Assembly: GCA_963779415.1 (NCBI GenBank)
Contig: CAVZYA010000002.1
Location: forward strand, 832,001 to 896,000
Reading direction: 5' to 3'
Length of the DNA stretch: 64,000 nucleotides
DNA from: an uncultured Acidobacteriota bacterium
GTDB taxonomy: Bacteria; Acidobacteriota; Thermoanaerobaculia; UBA5066
The position numbers and the translations under genes are program-made. Below the pieces are notes generated by a model that saw only the letters and a list, made by a program, of their open reading frames with translations, ran no database searches and was not told the DNA's origin. Below, piece after piece: positions 19,502 through 29,569 of the stretch. How positions within the stretch are numbered: position 1 is the stretch's first letter; each line of letters opens with the position of its first letter.

Positions 19502-19891
19502 CTAGTCCCAGATTCGTTCCACGCCCTGGCCGTCGAGCGCTTCGTCGGCGCTCACGAGCTTCGATCCGGTGGCCGTGGCCGCGGCCAGGATGAGGCGGTC
19601 CATCGGGTCGCGCACGGCGGGAAACGACGCAAACGCCGTTGCCTGCTCGATGTCGAGAGCGAGAACTGCGTATCCGGCATGCCCGGCGAGTGTCTCGAGG
19701 ACGCGGGAGAGGCCGACGCGGAGGCGTCCTCTTTCGTAGAGGAGGGAGATCTCGACGAGCGAGATGGCGGGGACGTAGCAGAGCGAGCGGGCGACATCCG
19801 CCGAGCGGAAGGCGCGCTCCGCCGCCCGGCCGAGGCGCCGCCGGTCCGTCAGCTGCCAGACGAGGGCGTGGGTGTCGGCGACGAAGGTCAT
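19502..19891 (-). CDS. vapC: PIN-domain toxin, VapC family
   Basis: FVADTHALVW, ISLVEI, DPMDRLILAAA, LVSAD. Confidence 0.88.
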   Translation of the reverse strand: MTFVADTHALVWQLTDRRRLGRAAERAFRSADVARSLCYVPAISLVEISLLYERGRLRVGLSRVLETLAGHAGYAVLALDIEQATAFASFPAVRDPMDRLILAAATATGSKLVSADEALDGQGVERIWD

Positions 19892-20154
19892 GCGGGACGC
19901 GAGCGGCGTCCGAGCGAGCGCGACAGCTCGCGGCGGACGGCCCTGAAGTCCGCGAGGCCGGGCACCCTCGCCCCGGCGAGCGCGTCGGCGAGAGGACGTG
20001 GTGGGGGCGTCACGCCCCCGGCGGGAGCCTGCAGCGCGCGTTCGAGAAGCCGCTCGACCTGCTGGGAAAGAGAGCGCCCCTCGGTTCGCGCCAGGGCCTC
20101 GAGCCGCGCGCGCGTCACCCGGGGGAGGCGGACGGTCACGACGGCGTCTTTCAT
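19888..20154 (-). CDS. Ribbon-helix-helix antitoxin
   Basis: MKDAVVTVRLP...LEALARTEGRSLSQQVERLL; 4 bp overlap with the toxin. Confidence 0.8.
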   Translation of the reverse strand: MKDAVVTVRLPRVTRARLEALARTEGRSLSQQVERLLERALQAPAGGVTPPPRPLADALAGARVPGLADFRAVRRELSRSLGRRSRPA

Positions 20155-20232
20155 GTATTTGAATGTATGCGGAGCGCATCGGTCCGTCAAGACGAGGCAC
20201 CGCGACGCTCCGCGGCGGGCTAGAATCGGCCC

Positions 20233-21108
20233 GTGCCGCGTCTCGAAGTCCGGAAGACGTACAAGCTCCTGATCGGCGGGGCGTTCGTCCGGACGGAGTC
20301 GGGGCGGGCGTACCGCGCGACCTCCCCCGCGGGCGAGTTCCTCGCGCACGTTCCCCTCGGATCGCGGAAGGACGTCCGCGACGCCGTCAAGGCGGCCCGG
20401 GGCGCGTTCGGCGGATGGTCGGGGCGGACGGCTTACAACCGCGGGCAGATCCTCTATCGCGCCGCCGAGATGCTGGAAGAGCGCCGGGCCGAGTTCGCCT
20501 CGGCGCTCGTCCGATCGACGGGAGCGTCGCGCGGCGCGGCCGGGCGCGAGGTGGCCGTCGCCGTCGACCGGCTGGTCCACTTCGCCGGCTGGGCCGACAA
20601 GATCGCGGCCGTCCTCGGCTCCGTGAATCCCGTCGCGGCGCCCTACTTCGACTTCTCCGTCCCCGAGCCGACCGGTGTCGTCGGGATCGTCTCGCCGGAG
20701 AGCCCCGCGCTCCTGCCTCTCGTCACCCGGCTTGCCGCCGTGACCGTGTCGGGGAACACGGCCGTCGCCATCGCCTCCGGGAGGACGCCGATCCCGGCTC
20801 TTCTCTTCGGGGAAGTGATCGGGACGAGCGACGTCCCTTCCGGCGTCGTCAACATCGTGACGGGAAGGAAGTCCGAGCTGGTGCCGGCCCTCGCCGCTCA
20901 CCGCGACGTCGACGCCCTCGACGACGGTTCGGACGACCCGGCTCTCTCGAAGCGGATCGAGGAGGAGGCCGCCGACCGCGTTCGGCGGATCGCTCGTCCG
21001 AAGGCGACGTCTCGGGCCGACTGGTTCTCGGCGCGCGCGTGCGAGGGGATCGCCGCGGTCGAGCCGTTCGTCGAGATCAAGACGACGTGGCATCCCGCGG
21101 GAGCGTGA
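20233..21108 (+). CDS. Short aldehyde dehydrogenase-family protein (non-catalytic partner)
   Basis: VRKTYKLLIGGAFVRTESGR, SRKDVRDAV, EIKTTWHP; lacks the catalytic Cys domain. Confidence 0.88.
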   Translation: MPRLEVRKTYKLLIGGAFVRTESGRAYRATSPAGEFLAHVPLGSRKDVRDAVKAARGAFGGWSGRTAYNRGQILYRAAEMLEERRAEFASALVRSTGASRGAAGREVAVAVDRLVHFAGWADKIAAVLGSVNPVAAPYFDFSVPEPTGVVGIVSPESPALLPLVTRLAAVTVSGNTAVAIASGRTPIPALLFGEVIGTSDVPSGVVNIVTGRKSELVPALAAHRDVDALDDGSDDPALSKRIEEEAADRVRRIARPKATSRADWFSARACEGIAAVEPFVEIKTTWHPAGA

Positions 21109-21791
21109 CGAAACCCCTCTTTTTCTTCGATCTGGACGACACCCTCCTCGACCATCACGGAGCCGAGGAGGCGGCGCACCGCGCCACGCACGCGGAGCTT
21201 CCGGGGATCTTCGGCGCCGTTTCGTTCTCCGAATGGCTGGAGAGGTACCGGCGGAACAACCTCGCTCTCTGGGCTCTCTACGGAAGAGGAGAGATCGGCC
21301 GGCACGAGCTGAGCAGCCGCCGGTTCTCCGACCCGCTCCTCGAGCTGGACCTCGATCCGGCGCACGGGGAGACGGTCGGAAGGGTCTACCTCGACTTTTA
21401 CGCGCGGCACTGGCAGCTCGTGGACGGGGCCGAGGAGATCCTCGAGTTCGCGGCGCGGACGGGCGTCGTCGGGATCCTCTCGAACGGCCTCCGCGAGCAG
21501 CAGCGGAGCAAGATCCGGACGTTCCGCCTCGACCGCTGGGTCTCGCACGTCGTCCTCTCCGAGGACGTCGGAGCCATGAAGCCGGCGCGGGCGATCTTCG
21601 ACGCGGCCTGGCAGGCGGCCGGCGGCGGGAGCGTCCGGAAGGTCTACGTCGGGGACTCGTGGGAGACGGACGTCCTCGGCGCGAAGGCGGCCGGCTGGTT
21701 TCCGATCTGGTTCGACCGCCACGGCCGCGGCGCCCCGGCCCCGGTCGTCTTCGTCACGAAGCTCGTCGACCTCAAGCCGCTCCTCTCCTGA
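21105..21791 (+). CDS. HAD hydrolase, YjjG-like nucleotidase
   Basis: FFDLDDTL, ILSNG, MKP, YVGDSWETDVLGA. Confidence 0.85.
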   Translation: MTKPLFFFDLDDTLLDHHGAEEAAHRATHAELPGIFGAVSFSEWLERYRRNNLALWALYGRGEIGRHELSSRRFSDPLLELDLDPAHGETVGRVYLDFYARHWQLVDGAEEILEFAARTGVVGILSNGLREQQRSKIRTFRLDRWVSHVVLSEDVGAMKPARAIFDAAWQAAGGGSVRKVYVGDSWETDVLGAKAAGWFPIWFDRHGRGAPAPVVFVTKLVDLKPLLS

Positions 21792-21794
21792 GAG

Positions 21795-23372
21795 CTACTT
21801 CTTCGGCGGGACCGAGGGGGGCGTGAGCGTCGCGGCGTCGAGGAGGGTCTTCCGCATCGCGGAGTGGAGGGCCTCGTTGTCGGCGGGCGGGACGAATCCG
21901 TGGTGCTCGAGGATGTTCCAGAGCCGGCCCGCGATCGTCTCCGACTTGGAGTGGCGGAGGAGGTAGTCGGTGGCGCCCGACTGGATGGCGAAGGCGAAAC
22001 GGCTCCGGTCGATCCGGGGCGACATCAGGACGACCGGCAGGTTGGCCGTGGCGTGCTGCGACCGGAGGACCCGGGTGACGTCGAAGCCGTCCATGCCGGG
22101 GAGGTTCGTGTCCATCAGGACGAGGTCGACGTCCTCCTTGAGGAGGATCTCCAGCGCCTTCTCGCCGCTACCCGTCCCGATCGTCTCGATCGCATACTGT
22201 CCCAGCGCGTCGGCCAGCTCGTTCCGCGCCCGGACTTCGTCGGCGACGACGAGAAGGACGGGAGCCCGGGTCTTCTTCGGCGGCGCGGGCGGCACCTTCG
22301 CCGTCACGGCAGAGGGGATCTTCGCGACCGGCATCGCGGCGGCGGAGACCTCGAAGGAAAGTCCGGCGGACGGCGGGATCGGCGTCCCGGCTGCGGACGG
22401 GAGCGGCGAGAAGTCCGGCTCGATCGGCGGCCACTCGGGTCCTGGTAGAGGCGCGGCCGGAGGCGGGGGCAGGAAGGCGGAGGCCTCCGGCGTGAGAGCG
22501 GCCTGCGGCTCCTCGAGAGGGGCGGCGGGAGCGAAGGGGCGCAGCATCGCCATCTCCGCCTCGAGGTCGGCCGCCGACGCGAACCGGTCGTCCGGGTTCT
22601 TCGCGAGGGCCCTGAGGACGATCGCGTGCAGCCCGGGCGAGATGTCGGAGAAGCGCGCGAGGTCGTCCGGGATCGGCTCCGAGACGTGCTTCATCGCGAT
22701 GATGAGCGGGGACTCTCCGTCGAACGGGACTTTTCCCGTCAGCATCTCGAAGGCCATGACCCCGATCGAGTAGACGTCGCTTCGCGCATCCGTGGGCCGG
22801 CCGAGCGCCTGCTCGGGCGACATGTAGTGCGGCGTCCCGACCATGACGCTGTCGAGCGTGAGGGTGACGCTCTGCTTTCCCCGGGCGAGGCCGAAGTCGA
22901 GGATCGCGACTGCGCCGCTCTCCTCGACCATGACGTTCTGCGACTTCAGGTCGCGATGGATGATCCCCAGCCGGTGCGCCGCCTCGGTGCCGAGCGCGAT
23001 CTGCCGGAGGATCGAGATGGACGGCGCCGGCGCGATCCGCCCCTCGCGCTGGATCAGCGTCCGGAGGTCGATCCCCGGGACGAACTCCATCGTGATGAAC
23101 GGGTAGTCGCCGCTCATCCCGAAGTCGTGGATCCGCGCCACGTTCGGATGCTTGATCTTCCGGTTCAGGTTGATCTCGCGCTTGAACCGCGTCAGGAGCT
23201 GCTGGTCGTCCGTCTCCCAGTCGGGCGAAAGGACCTTGATCGCCACCTCCTCGTCCAGCTCGAGGTCGTTCGCCCGGAAGACGATTCCCATCCCCCCGCG
23301 GCCGATCGTCTCGATCCAGCGGTATCGGGGAATTCCCTCGAAGAATCGGTCTCGAAGCCGGTCGAGATTCAT
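21795..23372 (-). CDS. Hanks-type Ser/Thr kinase with C-terminal receiver domain
   Basis: GRGGMG, VAIK, HRDLKSQN, DFG, GTPHYMSPEQ; Pro-rich linker; DLVLMDTNLPGMDG. Confidence 0.9.
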   Translation of the reverse strand: MNLDRLRDRFFEGIPRYRWIETIGRGGMGIVFRANDLELDEEVAIKVLSPDWETDDQQLLTRFKREINLNRKIKHPNVARIHDFGMSGDYPFITMEFVPGIDLRTLIQREGRIAPAPSISILRQIALGTEAAHRLGIIHRDLKSQNVMVEESGAVAILDFGLARGKQSVTLTLDSVMVGTPHYMSPEQALGRPTDARSDVYSIGVMAFEMLTGKVPFDGESPLIIAMKHVSEPIPDDLARFSDISPGLHAIVLRALAKNPDDRFASAADLEAEMAMLRPFAPAAPLEEPQAALTPEASAFLPPPPAAPLPGPEWPPIEPDFSPLPSAAGTPIPPSAGLSFEVSAAAMPVAKIPSAVTAKVPPAPPKKTRAPVLLVVADEVRARNELADALGQYAIETIGTGSGEKALEILLKEDVDLVLMDTNLPGMDGFDVTRVLRSQHATANLPVVLMSPRIDRSRFAFAIQSGATDYLLRHSKSETIAGRLWNILEHHGFVPPADNEALHSAMRKTLLDAATLTPPSVPPKK

Positions 23373-23478
23373 GACGCTGTTCGTGGCCTTCGGCCGCGGA
23401 AGGAGAGCGTAGCAGGCCCGGGCGCCTCGCGGAAACGGGTCGCGGCCGGAAGACGGGAAGGGGGATAATCGGCGCCTC

Positions 23479-24048
23479 GTGGGCCTGCACTCCTCGATCG
23501 CCGGGATCGCGATCCTCCTCGTGGCGGGGGACGCCGCGGGACAGGCGCTTTCGCCCTCGCAGGGGCACTCCACCCATCAGGTGGCCGAGTTCACGCTCCC
23601 GGACGTCGAAGGCCGCCCCGTCAGCCTGTCGTCATATCAGGGGAAGTCGGGCGTCCTGATCGCCTTCGTGAAAGGGACCTGGTGCCCGCATTGCCAGGAC
23701 CTCATCCTCCAGCTTCAGCAGCTCAAGGCGACCGACCTCATCCGGATCCCCGTCCTCGTCGTCTCGCCCGAGCCGGCGTCACAGACGATCGGATGGGTGA
23801 AGAAGGTCGAGGCCGAGCGGGGGATTCGCCTCTCGATGCGGTTCGTCGTCGACTCGGCTCTCCGCTTCGCGCCCCGCTACGGCCTGACGCGGGAGATCAG
23901 CGGCACGCAGGGGCGCCCGCCGAACATCGTCCTGCTCGATCCGACGGGACGGCAGGTCTGGTCGTCGGCCGAGGGGCACGACAAGAACGTCGCGATCGGC
24001 CCGTCGCTCCATGCGCGGATCGAGGAGATCCGGGCGAAGGCGCACTGA
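23479..24048 (+). CDS. Secreted redoxin/AhpC-TSA family protein
   Basis: Signal peptide, FTLPDVEGRPVSLS, WCPHC. Confidence 0.8.
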   Translation: MGLHSSIAGIAILLVAGDAAGQALSPSQGHSTHQVAEFTLPDVEGRPVSLSSYQGKSGVLIAFVKGTWCPHCQDLILQLQQLKATDLIRIPVLVVSPEPASQTIGWVKKVEAERGIRLSMRFVVDSALRFAPRYGLTREISGTQGRPPNIVLLDPTGRQVWSSAEGHDKNVAIGPSLHARIEEIRAKAH

Positions 24049-24088
24049 CGCCGCCGAAGCGCCGGAGGAGCCTCCGCCTCGACCAACC

Positions 24089-25168
24089 TCAGTACTTGGG
24101 GGGCTGAGGCGTGCTGCTGTCGGTCACGACGACGTTTGTTGCGACGGTGGAGCCGCCGGAGTCGTTCGTCACCGTCAGGATGACGCGGTACGTCCCCACT
24201 GCGGCGTACGTGTGCGACCGGGACAACTCGGGGCCCGTCTCCGTCGGGCTGCCATCGCCCCATGTCCAGCCGAGGGAGAGCGGGTTGTTCGTCGGCACGG
24301 CCCCGAAGAGAACGGCGTCGCCGGCCACCGGCTTGGACGGCTGGTAGCCGATGGTGGCGAAGGCGGCGCCGGCAGGCGGCGGGACGGCCACGACGGCGAA
24401 CGGGTCGCCCGACGCGTTGTTGATGACGGAGGCGTAGGAGAGAACGGGGGTGTCGCTCACGAACTCGAGCCAGAGATTCGTGTCGGTCGTGGAGACCGCA
24501 GGCTGGAAGTCGGTCAGGAAGTTGTTGATCTGCTTGAAGCCGTTCGGGTCGAGCTTGAGGATCGCCTGCGAGAGGAAGGAGCCGTCTCCCCGACGGAGCG
24601 TGGCGACGACGGTGGCCGTCACCTGGTCGCTGGGATTCACGAAGACGACGTTGGACCGGTAGCCCGTGAGGGGTTCCGTGCTCGTACCGAGCTGGACGAG
24701 CGAGCCCGCCGGCGCCGCCAGCGAGACGTCCAGCCCGGGGATCCACTGACCGGAGACCGAGCCGTTGCCGCAGCCGTTGTAGTTGTTCGTGCCGGACGAG
24801 ACCACGAGGGGGGAAGACGCCTGAAACCGGACCGGGCCGAAAGAGCCGTGCGGCTGGTTGAAGAGGACGCCGATGATGTTGTCGAAGGCGACCTGCCCGC
24901 GCGCCGGAACCGTGAAGTTCCCCTGAGTGACCGTCGCGGCGGTGATCTGCGCGGCCGGGTTCGCCTGTCGGTAGAAGACGGGCGTCACGAGGACGGGGAG
25001 CCCCGTCGCGTTGTAGATCCGGACATCCGTCCGGTAGTCGGCGCCTCCCCCTCCGGACGTGTAGCCGGTCGACGGGATGATGACGTCGGCTCGCAGGGGT
25101 CCGCGGGCGGCGAGTGCGGCCCCGAGCACGGTGGCGAGACGAAGGAATCGATTCGACGTGAGGACCAC
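24089..25168 (-). CDS. Secreted protein with C-terminal PKD domain
   Basis: RBS AGGAGG then GTG; signal peptide; YRTDVRIYN and YRSNVVFVN repeat modules; WTWGDG...SHTYAAVGTYRVILTVTN. Confidence 0.82.
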   Translation of the reverse strand: MVLTSNRFLRLATVLGAALAARGPLRADVIIPSTGYTSGGGGADYRTDVRIYNATGLPVLVTPVFYRQANPAAQITAATVTQGNFTVPARGQVAFDNIIGVLFNQPHGSFGPVRFQASSPLVVSSGTNNYNGCGNGSVSGQWIPGLDVSLAAPAGSLVQLGTSTEPLTGYRSNVVFVNPSDQVTATVVATLRRGDGSFLSQAILKLDPNGFKQINNFLTDFQPAVSTTDTNLWLEFVSDTPVLSYASVINNASGDPFAVVAVPPPAGAAFATIGYQPSKPVAGDAVLFGAVPTNNPLSLGWTWGDGSPTETGPELSRSHTYAAVGTYRVILTVTNDSGGSTVATNVVVTDSSTPQPPKY

Positions 25169-25331
25169 CTTCTGCCTCCTTTTCCCGGGAAGGATCGCGG
25201 CGTCCTCCCTCCCGCGCCGGAGGGGGCGTCGTCCCATATTGCGACACATTCTCAAGCAAAGGCGAGGCCAGAGCCATCGTCCCTTTTTGCGGATGTGGGA
25301 ATCGTGACCCCTCCGGTAGACTGCCCGGGCG

Positions 25332-26276
25332 ATGAGCTTCTGGGCGTCGCGCCGCGTCCTCGTCACCGGGGGAGGAGGCTTTCTGGGCCGCGCTCTTCTC
25401 CGGACGCTTTCCGAGCGCGGTGCCGCGCACGTCTTCGCCCCGGGAATCGACGAGCTGGACCTTCGGGAGAAGCCGGCGATCCGCCGGTTCCTCGCCGGGA
25501 CGAAGCCCGATCTCGTCCTCCACGCGGCCGCGGTCGTCGGCGGAATCGGGGCGAACCGCGCCCACCCCGGGCGCTTCTTCTACGAGAACGCCGCCATGGG
25601 GATCGAGCTGATCGAGGAGGCGCGGCGGGCGGGCGTCGCGAAGCTCGTCTGCCTCGGGACGATCTGCGCCTATCCGAAGCTCACGCCCGTGCCGTTCCGC
25701 GAGGAAGAGCTCTGGAACGGCTATCCGGAGGAGACGAACGCGCCGTACGGCCTCGCGAAGAAGATGCTCCTCGTCCAGCTCCAGGCCTACCGCGCCGAGT
25801 ACGGCTTCCGTGGCGTCTTCCTCCTCCCGGTCAATCTCTACGGCCCCGGGGACAACTTCGACCTCGAGACGAGCCACGTCATCCCCGCCATGATCCGGAA
25901 GTTCGTCGAGGCGAAAGCGGCGGGCGTGGCGGAGGTGACGCTCTGGGGGGACGGCTCGCCGACGCGCGAGTTCCTCTACGTCGACGACGCGGCCGACGGG
26001 ATCGTGACCGCCGCGGAGAAGTTCGACGGCGGCGAGCCAGTCAACCTCGGGTCGGGAGAGGAGATTGCCATCCGCGATCTCGCCTCCCTCGTCGCGAAGG
26101 AGACCGGCTACGCGGGCGAAATCCGGTGGGACACGACGAAGCCGAACGGCCAGCCCCGCCGCCGCCTCGACGTCTCCCGGGCCGAGCGCCTATTCGGCTG
26201 GCGGGCTCGCACCCCGTTCTCCGAGGGGCTCGGGAGGACTGTCGCGTGGTATCGGGGGAACCCGGCCGGGGCCTGA
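25332..26276 (+). CDS. fcl: GDP-L-fucose synthase
   Basis: [56 protein letters not shown]. Confidence 0.93.
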   Translation: MSFWASRRVLVTGGGGFLGRALLRTLSERGAAHVFAPGIDELDLREKPAIRRFLAGTKPDLVLHAAAVVGGIGANRAHPGRFFYENAAMGIELIEEARRAGVAKLVCLGTICAYPKLTPVPFREEELWNGYPEETNAPYGLAKKMLLVQLQAYRAEYGFRGVFLLPVNLYGPGDNFDLETSHVIPAMIRKFVEAKAAGVAEVTLWGDGSPTREFLYVDDAADGIVTAAEKFDGGEPVNLGSGEEIAIRDLASLVAKETGYAGEIRWDTTKPNGQPRRRLDVSRAERLFGWRARTPFSEGLGRTVAWYRGNPAGA

Positions 26277-27305
26277 GCCCAGCAGCTTCTCGCACCTCCA
26301 CTCGAGGTAGTGCCCGAAGAACCAGAGCCAGCGGAAGGCGGGGTTCTTCGATTCGCCGCGGTGGTAGCGCAGGTAGATCTGCTGCGCGATGACGGCGAGG
26401 CGGAAGAGGCCGTAGACCTCGTAGAAGGCCCAGTTCCCGGGCGAGTAACCCGTCTTCGAAAGGTAGTAGTCGACGACCTCGCGGCGCGTCGGCATGCCCG
26501 GAAGATGGGTCGGCTGACGGCGCGTGGCGCGCGCGACGGGGTCGTCGCCGGCCTCGACCCAGTACGCGAGGCTGTTGCCGAGATCCATCAGCGGATCGCC
26601 CAGCGTCGCCATCTCCCAGTCGAGGATCCCGACGACGCGGGCGGGGTCGGCCGGATCGAGGACGACGTTGTCGAGCCGGTAGTCGCCGTGGACGACGCAG
26701 GTGGCGACGTCCTCCGGTGTGTTCTCCTTCAGCCAGCCGATGACCCGCCGGAAACGCGGGGCGTTCCACGTCCGCGCCTTTTCCCACCGGTCGCTCCACC
26801 CGTCGATCTGCCGCCGGGCGTAGCCGGCTCCCTTGCCGAGCCCTTCGAGGCCGGCGGCTTTCGGGTCGATCCGGTGGAGGTCCACGAGTCGGTCGAGGAC
26901 GGAAAGGCACATCCGCCGCGCACCCTCGGGATCGAGGGAGAAGCCCGCCGGAAGATCCCTCCGGAGGATGACGCCGGGGATCCGGCGCATGACGTAGAAG
27001 TCGCCGCCGAGGACGGCCGCGTCGTCGCAGAAGGCGATCATCTCCGGAACGTACGGATAGAGCGGGCGGAGCGCCTGCTGCACGCGGAACTCCCGCCCCA
27101 TGTCGTGCGCCGACTTCGCCTTCGTCCCGGCGGGCGGCCGGCGGAGGACGAGGTCGTGGCTCTCGTATTCGATCCGGTAGGTCCAGTTGGAGGCGCCCCC
27201 GGAATATTGCGTCACGCGCGGAGTCCCGGAGAGCCCCGGAAGACGCGCCTTGAGCCACACGTCGACGGCGGCGAGATTCAGCTCCTCGCCGGGGCGGGAT
27301 CTCAC
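26190..27305 (-). CDS. APH-family phosphotransferase (ACAD10/11 kinase or LvaA-like)
   Basis: [41 protein letters not shown]. Confidence 0.88.
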   Translation of the reverse strand: MRSRPGEELNLAAVDVWLKARLPGLSGTPRVTQYSGGASNWTYRIEYESHDLVLRRPPAGTKAKSAHDMGREFRVQQALRPLYPYVPEMIAFCDDAAVLGGDFYVMRRIPGVILRRDLPAGFSLDPEGARRMCLSVLDRLVDLHRIDPKAAGLEGLGKGAGYARRQIDGWSDRWEKARTWNAPRFRRVIGWLKENTPEDVATCVVHGDYRLDNVVLDPADPARVVGILDWEMATLGDPLMDLGNSLAYWVEAGDDPVARATRRQPTHLPGMPTRREVVDYYLSKTGYSPGNWAFYEVYGLFRLAVIAQQIYLRYHRGESKNPAFRWLWFFGHYLEWRCEKLLGSGPGRVPPIPRDSPPEPLGERGASPPAE

Positions 27306-28508
27306 CGGTCCTTCATTCCGTATCCGCGCAGGATCCGCCTCGCCACGCACTCGATGTGGACCTCGTCGGCGCCGTCGTAGATCCGGGCCGCCCTCTCGTG
27401 GGCCCACCACCAGGCGAGCGGCGTGTCGTCCGTCATCCCGAGGCCGCCGAGACCCTGAAGGGCGCGGTCGAGGACCCGCTGCATCGTCCGCGCGACCGTG
27501 AACTTCAGGAGCGAGATCTCCTCCCGCGCCGCGCGTGCCCCTTCCTCCTCGATCTTCCACGCGGCGTGGAGGACCATGAGCCGCGCCGCGTGGATCTCGG
27601 CGCGGCTCTCGGCGATTCCCTGCTGGACGATCTGCTTCGTCCCGAGCGGCCGGCCGGGGGAAAGCTCGCGCGTCGCCGCGTGGCGGCAGAGGATGTCGAG
27701 CGCCCGCTCGCAGACGCCGATCCAGCGCATCGCGTGGTGGATCCGGCCGGGTCCGAGGCGCTCCTGCGCCATGGCGAAGCCCGCCCCTTCCTCGCCGAGC
27801 AGGTTCGAGAGAGGGACCCGGGCGTCCTGATAGCTCACCTCGCCGTGGCTCGCCCAGCCGGCCCCCCGCTCGCCCATCACGGAGATGTTCCCGACGAGGA
27901 CGAAGCCTTCTGTTCGCGTCGGAACGAGGATCATGCTGGCGCGGCGGTACGGATCGGGGGCCTCGGGGCTCGTCACCGCCATGCAGACGGCGAAGGCCGC
28001 GCCGTCGGCCGAGGACGCGAACCACTTGTGCCCGCGGAGGACCCACGAATCGCCGTCCCGCCGGGCGGTCGTCCCGAGCCAGACGGGGTTCGAGCCGGCG
28101 AACTCGGGCTCGGTCATCGTGAAGCAGCTCCGGATCTCGCCGCGGACGAGGGGAAGAAGGAAACGCTCCTGCTGCTCCGGCGTGCCGTGCCCCATCAGGA
28201 TCTCCATGTTCCCGACGTCGGGCGCCTGCACGTTGAAGACGAAGTGTCCGAGCGGGCTCCGTCCCAGCTCCTCGCTCATGTGGGCGAACTCGACGAGGGA
28301 GAGCCCCGCGCCGCCGTACGCCTCCGGGACATGCGCCGAAAAGAGCCCGGTCGCCCGCGCTTTCTTCCGCGCCTCCTCGAGGGCCGGCATCAGCGCCGCA
28401 AAATCCGCCATGCCGGAGACCGGCCTCGAGCGGGAGGATCTCCTTCTCCACGAACTCGCGGACGAGGCTTCGAATCGCCTGAACCTTCGGTGACTCGGAG
28501 AAGTCCAT
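27302..28508 (-). CDS. Acyl-CoA dehydrogenase (ACAD10/11 or LvaC-like), frameshift near 28405
   Basis: QAPDVGNME, RSCFTMTEP, AQERLGPGRIHHAMR, ARIYDGADEVH. Confidence 0.9.
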
Positions 28509-28522
28509 CCCCGCGATTATCG

Positions 28523-28633
28523 GCCGGCACGCTTCTCGAAGAGGCCGAGCGGCGTTTCCCGAAGGCCCGGTACATCTTCCTCTGCGTCTCGTCGTTCAAT
28601 CCGCGCGTGCGCGCCCTCTACGAGCGGCACGGC
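28523..28633 (+). pseudogene. GNAT acetyltransferase C-terminal fragment
   Basis: LLEEAERRF...IFLCVSSFNPRVRALYERHG; no start codon. Confidence 0.6.
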
Positions 28634-28820
28634 CGGTGGCGTAATGAACATGGGGAGCAATCTCGGAGGGCTCGTCTCGCCGGCGCTAACGCCGGTCCTA
28701 GCAGCCGCGGTCAGCTGGGAAAACGCACTCCACGTCGCGGCCGCTCTCTCGGTCGTCGGTGGCCTCCTCTGGCTCGGGATCGGGGAGCCGCCCGGGGCGG
28801 CCGGTCCGGCTACAGCTTGA
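28632..28820 (+). pseudogene. MFS transporter C-terminal fragment
   Basis: AGGVMNMGSNLGGLVSPALTPVLAAAVSWENALHVAAALSVVGGLLWL matches the last two TM helices of an MFS. Confidence 0.65.
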
Positions 28821-29439
28821 GCCGGAACCCGGCCGACAGGATCACGGGATTCAGCTTCAGCGTCTGAGTCGACCCGGATGCGCCGTACGAGTCGACCTTC
28901 AGCGGAAGGTAGCGTCCGTCGACCCCGAACGACAGGAGCCCGAGGAGCGTGAGGTCGACGCCGAGCGCCGCCTCGAAGGCTCCTTTGCTCTTCACGGTGA
29001 TCGCGCCGATGCCGGACGCCGTCAGGTCGTCGCTGCTCAGGTTCCCCATCCAGACCCAGGCTCCGCCCACCCCGGCCCAGACGTCGAGGAACCCCGGATG
29101 GAGCGGGTGGATCTTCAGGAGGAGAGAGACGGGGCGCATCTCGAGACTCCCGAGGTCGATGGCCTTCTGCCCGTAGACGTCGAGCGCCCCCTTCGACCAG
29201 AGGTTGAAGACGGAGACCTCCCCCTCGAGGAGGTTCGTGAAGCCGTAGCCGAGGGTCCCCCCGACGCCCCACCCCGAGTCGAACTTGACGTCGACGCCGT
29301 TGGCGGAATCGACGGTGGTCGTCCCGTTCATCAGGACGCCGGAGCCCCAAACGCCGATGGAGAGCTTTCCGGCCTGGGCGAGCGCGGAGCCGGAGGCCAC
29401 GAGAAGCCAGAGTACGAGGAGCGGCCGAGCCAACTTCAT
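28810..29439 (-). CDS. OmpW-family outer membrane beta-barrel
   Basis: Signal peptide, alternating beta strands, C-terminal LKLNPVILSAGFRLKL. Confidence 0.8.
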   Translation of the reverse strand: MKLARPLLVLWLLVASGSALAQAGKLSIGVWGSGVLMNGTTTVDSANGVDVKFDSGWGVGGTLGYGFTNLLEGEVSVFNLWSKGALDVYGQKAIDLGSLEMRPVSLLLKIHPLHPGFLDVWAGVGGAWVWMGNLSSDDLTASGIGAITVKSKGAFEAALGVDLTLLGLLSFGVDGRYLPLKVDSYGASGSTQTLKLNPVILSAGFRLKL

Positions 29440-29569
29440 GACCTTTCCCTTTCCTTCGAGTCCCGCGGCGGTGTCGCGCGAATTCGGCGTTCGATTGGCG
29501 CGCGAAAGTGTAGCATCGCGGTCGAAGCGGCGGACCGGGAGCGTTTCTGAAGCGAGGAGGTTTTCGGCG

